Positions 56,825-64,000 of a stretch of DNA of 64,000 nt are shown here, piece by piece (positions within the stretch are counted from its first letter, which is position 1; the number at the start of each line of letters is the position of its first letter). This DNA comes from a virus. Taxonomy: Duplodnaviria; Heunggongvirae; Uroviricota; Caudoviricetes. The notes under the pieces are model-generated. The model saw nothing but the letters and a program-made list of their open reading frames with translations. It was not told the DNA's origin and ran no database searches. The position numbers and the translations under genes are program-made. Location: positions 40,465 through 104,464 of the IMG/VR virus record IMGVR_UViG_3300028413_000003, one strand, 5' to 3'.

Positions 56825-57068
56825 ATCAGATAACTGGCACAACCCAGATCATCAAACTATTTGCGACTGGATGATTAAGTATCGGACAATGGATACCAAT
56901 GACTGTCGTTGTTTTAATCCTTTTGCGTTTTGCTGGTACACTGGCAAGAACATGTTTCTACGCAAGGCAACAACGGTAATGACAGTTGTCGATGGACCTG
57001 GAGACATTATCCGTCAGAAATTTTACTTTAAGCCCAAATATTATACCGTTTATATGTTGCTCAAATAA
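56712..57068 (+). CDS. hypothetical Cys/Trp-rich protein (start uncertain)
   Basis: ORF overlaps uvdE 3' end; alternative ATG at 56870. Confidence 0.3.
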   Translation: MSMHNRKQKWLGRPEFRIAMLECMFVMFGEAAFVPKLESDNWHNPDHQTICDWMIKYRTMDTNDCRCFNPFAFCWYTGKNMFLRKATTVMTVVDGPGDIIRQKFYFKPKYYTVYMLLK

Positions 57069-57088
57069 TATTATTTGGTAATGCGTGC

Positions 57089-57391
57089 ATGATAAATATC
57101 AGTATGAATCATATAAAACAAATGTATAGTCGCGTAAATGCACCTGCTGCTGATAAAAATCCAAACCGAGTACTTGGAGGACTCCGTGGCCAAGGAGTAG
57201 ACCATTATTCTATGTTAGGCGAAGACGGCGTTGAACGCAGTGTTCCTACACAGAAATATGTACAAGGCCTAGAGCAAAAGCTGCGCGAACAGGATCAGCG
57301 AATGCAGACTCTGGAGAAAAAGATCCGCGGCGTAAGCAACGATCAAAAAGCAACTGCAACCACAGTTAACACATTGCGCAAGCCTTCATAA
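57089..57391 (+). CDS. hypothetical protein
   Basis: 100-aa ORF. Confidence 0.4.
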   Translation: MINISMNHIKQMYSRVNAPAADKNPNRVLGGLRGQGVDHYSMLGEDGVERSVPTQKYVQGLEQKLREQDQRMQTLEKKIRGVSNDQKATATTVNTLRKPS

Positions 57392-57673
57392 CTTGCCAAT
57401 TGGCAAGTTGCTGCTAGCACTCATTGTCCATACACTTTTACGCTCGACGCCCTTGCGTTGGGCGAACTGCTTTACGTTACATGCAGAACAAACATGAAAA
57501 TAATTATTACTTAGTCTCTTTGGATCCATGCTCCCGCGTGATCTAGTAAATTCCGAGTTGCAATTATCGCAACGGAAATGTACAATTGTTTTCTTCCTAG
57601 AATAGACATGTTCCGCACCAAGCTTGCTTTTTCTTATATAGGATGTCTCAATGGTACTTTGTTTAATGAACAT
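57386..57673 (-). CDS. hypothetical zinc-ribbon protein
   Basis: CDNC ... CSAC; one of only three plausible minus-strand genes. Confidence 0.35.
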   Translation of the reverse strand: MFIKQSTIETSYIRKSKLGAEHVYSRKKTIVHFRCDNCNSEFTRSRGSMDPKRLSNNYFHVCSACNVKQFAQRKGVERKSVWTMSASSNLPIGKL

Positions 57674-57729
57674 ACTGTATTTACATTAAGATTATAAAAA
57701 ATAGCAATAAATATATAGAAGGAATTATT

Positions 57730-58092
57730 ATGAATATTTGCACACTAACTGAGTCAGCAAAAACACAAATTAATGCAATCTGTGACGAGAATAACGTTTA
57801 TGGAATTAGTCTTAATTTAAAAGGTGGTGGCTGCGCCGGATTTGAGTACGATTGGGGAACAGTTGGCTCTGAGTCAGAGGTTCGCGCCGGCGACGAAGTG
57901 GTCGAGGCAGGCACTGGAAAATTTATAATCGGTTCAACGAGTTTAATGTTTTTAATTGGCACTGAGATTGATTATGTGCGCAGCTTGGTAGGTTCTAATT
58001 TTGAGATCAACAATCCAAATGCTGCATCGGCATGTGGTTGCGGCGTTTCGGTAAATTTTGATATGGATAAGCTAGCACAATCTGCTGTTTAA
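57730..58092 (+). CDS. IscA/HesB/ErpA-family iron-sulfur cluster insertion protein
   Basis: GGGCAGFEY and C-terminal CGCGVSVNF motifs. Confidence 0.7.
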   Translation: MNICTLTESAKTQINAICDENNVYGISLNLKGGGCAGFEYDWGTVGSESEVRAGDEVVEAGTGKFIIGSTSLMFLIGTEIDYVRSLVGSNFEINNPNAASACGCGVSVNFDMDKLAQSAV

Positions 58093-58104
58093 TGGAGTTA
58101 TAAT

Positions 58105-61100
58105 ATGGCAAAACAAGATGTTAATACCGGAGTAGAAGGAAACGACGGCACCGGAGACAGTATTAGAGAAAGTTTTCGCAAAGTTAATGAAAACTTTACA
58201 GAACTGTATGCAATCTTTGGTCTCGGTGGGAATATTGATTTTACCACTCTTACCGATACACCCGATACATTAATTGGCAACGAAGGCAAAGTTACTTTAG
58301 TAAAGCAAGACAGCACCGGAATTGGATTCTTTGAATTTGTTTCAGATGCTGGCACAAACGACCCAAGTGATCCTAAAAACACTGTGAGCTTTGAAGTTGC
58401 AGGGGATAAATTAATAGTTAAATCAATTAATGCTAAAATAAGTACCGATCCTGCGCCATCTGTGCAAAGTCCGTTTAGGATCGGTACAGTAGCGGCATAC
58501 AGTAATTTTATACAGGATGCATTAGTCAGCGGCAATACTACTTCTCTTGTTAATGCATTTAATAACACACACGGCGCCCCGGTAATTAATGAAAATAACC
58601 TTTTGATATCAAAAGGTTATGCTGATATAAATTATGTAAATTTAGGCGGCGATACAATGACTGGAGCACTGGATTTATTCGACCACCCTACACCGTTTGC
58701 AGGACTAGGAACGCCAAACAGTCAGCATGACTTACAAGCAGCAACAAAATTTTATGTTGACAGCAGTTCTTATAGTAGCACCGTAAATCTTTATGTTACA
58801 AAAGCAGGCAATGATGCCCAAACGCTGTCTCCTCCTGGTAAAAAAGGCCGTAGCAACAGCTATTCGTTTGCTAGTGTCGAAGCAGCGTGTGCTAAAGCAG
58901 CACGAATACAGGAAGCATCCGAGGTTGAAGCAGGTCCTTATGTTCAAGTAATTCAATACCAAGACGGCACAGATACATTTAATTCTTATTTGCTGCCAAC
59001 AGATAATTCGTTAACTGGATTTGGATACCAAACTGCAGGAAATCAGACAATTGTTGCAACAACAATTGAGTCTGAACGTGCCAAGATCATTACAGCTACA
59101 ATGTTAGCTGTCAATGCAGAATTTCCTAATTTTGTTTATTCTGAAGCGACTTACAGTAGAGATATTGGACTAATACTAGACAGCGTTAAGTTAGACATCG
59201 AAGCAAGTACTACAACGATTAAACATAACTATTTGTCAAGATTTGCAGGACTTCGGTACTTTGCAAATCCAAATTCCGAAATTGCAATTGACCCAAATGG
59301 GCAATACACCGAAACAGCATTTGGAATTTTACAAGCCAAGACTCTTATACTTGCAGAAATTGCAAGTGCATTGGGCACAACTTCTGATCAGTGGTATACT
59401 GCTGTTAGCAACAGGTTTGACGATGTTCTAAATACAATTGACCAGACTACTGACGATCCAATGTTAGTCGAAGCACCTAACTACTATAATTTGTGGATTC
59501 ACAGCGGACCGGACAAATATACTATTCAATCCGGCAATCCGTCTGATCTTACACCAAATGCTGATCTTATTCCGGGTAAAGTTATACTAGGAAAGACCAG
59601 CGGCGCTGTTGGCAGAATCGTAACCTATGCAAGAGGATCCGAAACACCCGGTAATCCTACTTATGACACAGTTGAATTAGAACTATTGTCATCAATTGAA
59701 TTTACAGCCAACGAAGAATTAGATTTTGGTAACTTGGTTAAAGCAACACAAATTACAATTATTATCGAATCGGGCATATACGAAGAGCAACTTCCTATAC
59801 GTATTCCTAACAACACTTCGGTCAAGGGTGACGAATTTAGACGTGTAATTATTCGACCTGCGCCTGGTGTGAGTCAAAGTGCATCAGCTAGAACATATTT
59901 TTATAGAGACGCAGTGCTCGACGGACTTATATTAACTAACTCCGGTGAAGCACAAATAGATCCAGACACCGGTGTTACTGCCGGACATTACGGATATCAC
60001 TATTTAACCGATCCAACGGATCCTTTGAGTACGCCAAAGAACAACAGCGAGATAGATGTATTCTTAGCGAATGACGGTACCATTGTAAGAAACTTAACAG
60101 CGCAGCGCCAAGGCGGATTTATGATGGTGCTTGATCCCGAAGGATCGATCCAAACTAAATCACCGTACGTACAAACATGTTCAAGTTTTAGTGCAAGTAA
60201 AAATATTAAGACGTTTGCAGGAGGAATGTTTGTTGACGGATATACCTACAATATGCCTGTTACCATTACTAGTAAAAGCAACAACTTTACAATAGATGTT
60301 GAAGCAGCTTCAACATCTGGATTAGGAATTAGGCGTCCCAAGACTCCTGCATCGTATTTTGTTAACGGAGTGCGATACCAAATTAATGCTATTGCAAACT
60401 ATGTTGCAGACAACGGATCTGGCGTTGCTAGCGCAACTTTAATCATAAGTGAAAACAGCAACAATGGCAACGGCTTTACTGCCAGCGCATCGTCTCAGCA
60501 GATTGTCCTGCAAGGTGCTGGCAACAAGTCAATGCTGGCAAACGACTATACCCAAATTAACGATTTGGGATACGGTATTGTAGTTATTAATAACGCACTA
60601 GCCGAATTGGTATCTGTATTTACTTATTATTGTCATATTGGTTACTATGCAGGCACAGGCTCACAGATTCGATCACTAACTGGTAACAACAGTTACGGTA
60701 CATTTGGAATGATTGCTGCCGATAGTGACCCGGACGAAGAAGCGACTGCTATTACTCTTGCACAGGATCATGTTCAGCCAGCTAAGATATTTGCAGTTTC
60801 GCAAGAATTAGTGTTTGCTGGCGACCAAACATCGAGTCTAACCAACGGCGAAGAAATTAGCCAAAATTCGACAGTTGGCATTCTTGCGTTTGCCAACTAT
60901 GACGGAACAGATACTACATTATTCATACAAAGTTCGACAGGTGGCGTATTTAATTCAACTGATAGTGTAACCGAACAAGGAGGGGGGTCACTTGGTGTGC
61001 CTAGTTCGGTTGTAAATCGAGGATTTACAGGCGCAGCCGGGGATATATCAATATATGTATACGACTTAAAAAATTATCCGTTAAATGCAAGCGAAATAGA

Positions 61101-63759
61101 AATTCTACACGACAGCGGATTGTATCAACCATACGACGTGGTAAATGCATCAGAAACTGTTGTAGAAATACCAGCTGCATCAATTACATCATTGTGCAAC
61201 AGTGGAAGTGCAATTCAAGCAAAGATTTGGAGACTTGATCTGTCAAGTGGAGTTGTCACTGGTGATACTGGACTACAAGAAGCAACATCGTTTGGCACAA
61301 TGGGTGTTTATAGATTAAAGCAAAACTTCTTAATTAATGGTATCGATTCGGATACATTTACTCGTCCAAGTACTGCACTTGTATTTGACGAGTACGATTT
61401 TACATATAGAACAATTGCATTTGAAAACACAATTGTTGGAAATATTTCAGTAGTTGGAATTCAGTCAAGAGTTACATTTGATACAAACTTTGAATACCTT
61501 GACTTATTAACTTCAAATGCCAGAGCAGGATATGCAATTGGTGCTGATTACACAGTTGACTCAAATATCGGCGCGGCAGCCTCGGGCGGTACTAATCTAG
61601 GCCAAACACAAGGTGACCTTAATCTAGCAATTGGTACACTTTTACCAATTGATCAAGACAGAATTCTAGGCATGGTCTTTACATGGGCAGGAAAGCTACA
61701 CAAAGTTACAGGATATTCCGATGTTACTGACTCAAGTGGCACAAATAGCCTAGACGGACTAAGCTTTGGTATTGTAACATTTGAAGATGTGTACAGCATC
61801 AACCCAGCATACACTGGCACTGGGCTAGCAGCAAGAGCCGACAGCACCATTGGCGATAACATATCCATTAAAGCAGGACTCGAAGCAGGAGAAACTGGAT
61901 CAGTTACTATAAACATTTCAACATGTCGTGCTACAAGTCATGACTTCTTGGATATCGGAACAGGCGGATACAATACTACTAACTATCCAGATAAAATTTA
62001 CGGCGCACCTGCAATAAATGCAGTAACTGACGAAGAAAGTGTAGACAGTACAGGATTGAATGCTAAAGCACAAGTTCAAGAACGTACAAGAGGACGAGTG
62101 TTCTTTGCAAGCACCGACCAAGACGGATTCTTCCGTGTAGGTAGATTCTTTACAGTTGACCAAGGAACTGGACGAATTACATTTAATGCTGCACTTGTTC
62201 TTACAAACATTGACGGAATTGGATTCAAGCGCGGTGTGCGTGTAAACGAATTTTCAGCAGATACTACATTTACAAATGCAACTGCAGATTCGGTTCCTGT
62301 TGAAACAGCAGTTGAAGGATATATCAACAATCGACTAGGGTGGGATAGAAACGGATCTTTCATTAACCCAGCTGACATTATTGGTGGTGCTGCTGTTAAA
62401 AAGTCTGGAGATTCGATGACTGGCAACCTTAGCTTGGGCGGTAATCAAATTACCAATCTAGCTTTGCCTACTTCGGGATTAGATGGTGTTAACAAAAACT
62501 ATGTTGATACTTTGATAGATCTGCAGAACGAACTTTCAGAATTAATTGATGTTACAATTACTACTCCTGCAGACGGAGACTTTTTACTATACGACGCAAG
62601 CAGTTTGCAATGGATTAATGCAGCACCAAGTACCGATGCTGCTGTTTCGGACATTTCGTTTGATTTAGCAAGTGGCCAAATTTCTGCACGCATCAACGCC
62701 GGCGCAGTTATTAATGCCGACGTTAACGCATCTGCAGCAATTTTACAAAGCAAGTTAAGTCTAAACGCAGCCACGACTAGAGCAAGTGCTGCCGGAATTA
62801 CTGCAAACGATCGCGGTATAGTAAGCTTCAGCAGCAACACGTTTAGTGCAACCAATGGCTGGATTAATATTGCCAATAACGGCGTAACTAATGCTATGTT
62901 AGCAGATGATAATATTACGTTTGGAAGCAATTCAACAACCAGTGATATTGCACTAGGAAGCACTGTATTAATTAACGGAACCAGCAATGAAATTACAGTA
63001 GGTTATGCAAATGGGACATTTACAATAAGTCTCCCTGGTACTATTAATGCTAATACTTCTGGAAATGCTGCAACTGCAACGAATGCAGCAGTAACACCGC
63101 GAAATACAACTAATGCAGTGCATTATCCATTGTTTGCAACAGCAACTAATGGAAATCTTCCATTGTTTACCGACACTGGACTAACATACAACCCGGGTAC
63201 AAATACAATGATAATTACCGGTACAGGCGGTCTTGCATTTACATTTAATGCAACAAGTGGAAGTCTACTACCTAGAATTAACGCGCCAACAGACAGCGGC
63301 CAGAGTATAGGCAGTGTTGCCAACAGATGGAATACAGTGTTTGCTACTACATTTAACGGTACTGCTACCGAAGCGATGTATGCCGACTTAGCGGAAAACT
63401 ATCTCGGTGATTTAGATTATCAACCAGGAACTGTTTTAGTGTTCGGTGGAGACAACGAAGTTACAACCACGCCAACCAAAGGTGACAGACGCGTTGCAGG
63501 AGTTGTAACAACAAACCCTGCACACTTGATGAACAGCGCACTCAAGGGCAAACATGTTATCGGACTTGCATTACAGGGGCGTGTACCCTGTAATGTACTA
63601 GGAAAAGTTTCCAAGGGCGACATACTGGTTACAGCAGCTAAAACGGGTTATGCAATAGTTGACAACAATCCAGCCGTTGGAACTATAATTGGGAAGGCAG
63701 TATCTGAAAAGTTTGATGCAGGATACGGAACTGTTGAAGTAGTAGTAGGAAGAGTATAA
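58105..63759 (+). CDS. large tail fibre protein (1884 aa)
   Basis: N-terminal GDSIRESFRKVNENFTELY anchor motif, central fibre repeats (SIGSVANRWNTVFATTFNGTA), beta-strand-rich C-terminus. Confidence 0.7.
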   Translation: MAKQDVNTGVEGNDGTGDSIRESFRKVNENFTELYAIFGLGGNIDFTTLTDTPDTLIGNEGKVTLVKQDSTGIGFFEFVSDAGTNDPSDPKNTVSFEVAGDKLIVKSINAKISTDPAPSVQSPFRIGTVAAYSNFIQDALVSGNTTSLVNAFNNTHGAPVINENNLLISKGYADINYVNLGGDTMTGALDLFDHPTPFAGLGTPNSQHDLQAATKFYVDSSSYSSTVNLYVTKAGNDAQTLSPPGKKGRSNSYSFASVEAACAKAARIQEASEVEAGPYVQVIQYQDGTDTFNSYLLPTDNSLTGFGYQTAGNQTIVATTIESERAKIITATMLAVNAEFPNFVYSEATYSRDIGLILDSVKLDIEASTTTIKHNYLSRFAGLRYFANPNSEIAIDPNGQYTETAFGILQAKTLILAEIASALGTTSDQWYTAVSNRFDDVLNTIDQTTDDPMLVEAPNYYNLWIHSGPDKYTIQSGNPSDLTPNADLIPGKVILGKTSGAVGRIVTYARGSETPGNPTYDTVELELLSSIEFTANEELDFGNLVKATQITIIIESGIYEEQLPIRIPNNTSVKGDEFRRVIIRPAPGVSQSASARTYFYRDAVLDGLILTNSGEAQIDPDTGVTAGHYGYHYLTDPTDPLSTPKNNSEIDVFLANDGTIVRNLTAQRQGGFMMVLDPEGSIQTKSPYVQTCSSFSASKNIKTFAGGMFVDGYTYNMPVTITSKSNNFTIDVEAASTSGLGIRRPKTPASYFVNGVRYQINAIANYVADNGSGVASATLIISENSNNGNGFTASASSQQIVLQGAGNKSMLANDYTQINDLGYGIVVINNALAELVSVFTYYCHIGYYAGTGSQIRSLTGNNSYGTFGMIAADSDPDEEATAITLAQDHVQPAKIFAVSQELVFAGDQTSSLTNGEEISQNSTVGILAFANYDGTDTTLFIQSSTGGVFNSTDSVTEQGGGSLGVPSSVVNRGFTGAAGDISIYVYDLKNYPLNASEIEILHDSGLYQPYDVVNASETVVEIPAASITSLCNSGSAIQAKIWRLDLSSGVVTGDTGLQEATSFGTMGVYRLKQNFLINGIDSDTFTRPSTALVFDEYDFTYRTIAFENTIVGNISVVGIQSRVTFDTNFEYLDLLTSNARAGYAIGADYTVDSNIGAAASGGTNLGQTQGDLNLAIGTLLPIDQDRILGMVFTWAGKLHKVTGYSDVTDSSGTNSLDGLSFGIVTFEDVYSINPAYTGTGLAARADSTIGDNISIKAGLEAGETGSVTINISTCRATSHDFLDIGTGGYNTTNYPDKIYGAPAINAVTDEESVDSTGLNAKAQVQERTRGRVFFASTDQDGFFRVGRFFTVDQGTGRITFNAALVLTNIDGIGFKRGVRVNEFSADTTFTNATADSVPVETAVEGYINNRLGWDRNGSFINPADIIGGAAVKKSGDSMTGNLSLGGNQITNLALPTSGLDGVNKNYVDTLIDLQNELSELIDVTITTPADGDFLLYDASSLQWINAAPSTDAAVSDISFDLASGQISARINAGAVINADVNASAAILQSKLSLNAATTRASAAGITANDRGIVSFSSNTFSATNGWINIANNGVTNAMLADDNITFGSNSTTSDIALGSTVLINGTSNEITVGYANGTFTISLPGTINANTSGNAATATNAAVTPRNTTNAVHYPLFATATNGNLPLFTDTGLTYNPGTNTMIITGTGGLAFTFNATSGSLLPRINAPTDSGQSIGSVANRWNTVFATTFNGTATEAMYADLAENYLGDLDYQPGTVLVFGGDNEVTTTPTKGDRRVAGVVTTNPAHLMNSALKGKHVIGLALQGRVPCNVLGKVSKGDILVTAAKTGYAIVDNNPAVGTIIGKAVSEKFDAGYGTVEVVVGRV

Positions 63760-64000
63760 TGGTACAAAAAACAATTAATATCGGATCAGGTCCAAACGAA
63801 GGAAATGGTGATACACTAAGAGTTGCTATGGATAAAGTAAATGATAACTTTGACGAAATCTACAAGGGTCCAGTTATTTTAACCCAAGCAGAAATTGACC
63901 TGTTAACTCCAGAAGTCGGCATGATGGTATACAATGAATCGACTGGAAAGTTTCAAGGATATGCAAGAGACAACAGTACTCCTGGCTGGATAGACTTACA
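63759..64000 (+). CDS. second tail fibre-like protein, 5' portion (runs off window)
   Basis: N-terminus GNGDTLRVAMDKVNDNFDEIY parallels the N-terminus of the 1884-aa protein; ATGA overlap. Confidence 0.5.
   Translation, partial: MVQKTINIGSGPNEGNGDTLRVAMDKVNDNFDEIYKGPVILTQAEIDLLTPEVGMMVYNESTGKFQGYARDNSTPGWIDL

Noticed and set aside
58098-63623. Several minus-strand ORFs inside the tail-fibre gene
   Set aside because: Antisense shadows of a 5.6-kb plus-strand ORF with clear fibre repeats.

Overview
The window reads as a gene-dense, almost entirely plus-strand segment of a large virulent T4-like (Straboviridae-type) phage genome. The rIIA/rIIB pair has block-wise similarity to T4 rIIB. T4-type genes recognised by motif include a polynucleotide kinase domain, RNA ligase 1, DNA ligase (KLDGVRC), an endonuclease VII-like HNH protein, and a free-standing GIY-YIG (seg-like) endonuclease. 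The accessory content is rich:
- an RNA-repair set: Pnk kinase, Rnl1 and a CCA-adding enzyme;
- a roughly 12-kb tRNA island, 35.9-47.3 kb, with at least 17 cloverleaf tRNAs and several degenerate tRNA-like elements, interleaved with small protein genes and hairpin-rich non-coding spacers;
- two parallel NAD+ salvage or reconstitution routes: PnuC-NadR, and NatV-NadV;
- ClpP, a UV-damage endonuclease (UvdE), a plastoquinol/alternative oxidase (PTOX), QueD/PTPS, MazG, IscA, an SPFH protein and a ribosomal bL12 C-terminal-domain protein;
- an 1884-aa tail-fibre protein at the 3' end.
Transcription signals are dominated by about 20 near-consensus sigma70-like early promoters (TTGACA-N17-TAnnnT), plus several clear Rho-independent terminators.

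The most striking locus is the RNA ligase 1 gene. It is fractured after its catalytic KxDG motif by a split intein. The Int-N and Int-C halves sit in the same reading frame about 1 kb apart. The DNA between them carries an opposite-strand Vsr-like (EDxHD-type) homing endonuclease gene.

Other notable items:
- a six-member paralogous family of small proteins ending in Y-x-L-F-[VL]-L-K, in two clusters;
- a MORN-repeat gene bracketed by perfect 44-bp direct repeats;
- a putative CUA-anticodon (amber-suppressor-like) tRNA;
- a 1.5-kb structured non-coding block with three tandem strong promoters.

All calls are from reading the sequence and the ORF track by eye; no database search was run.
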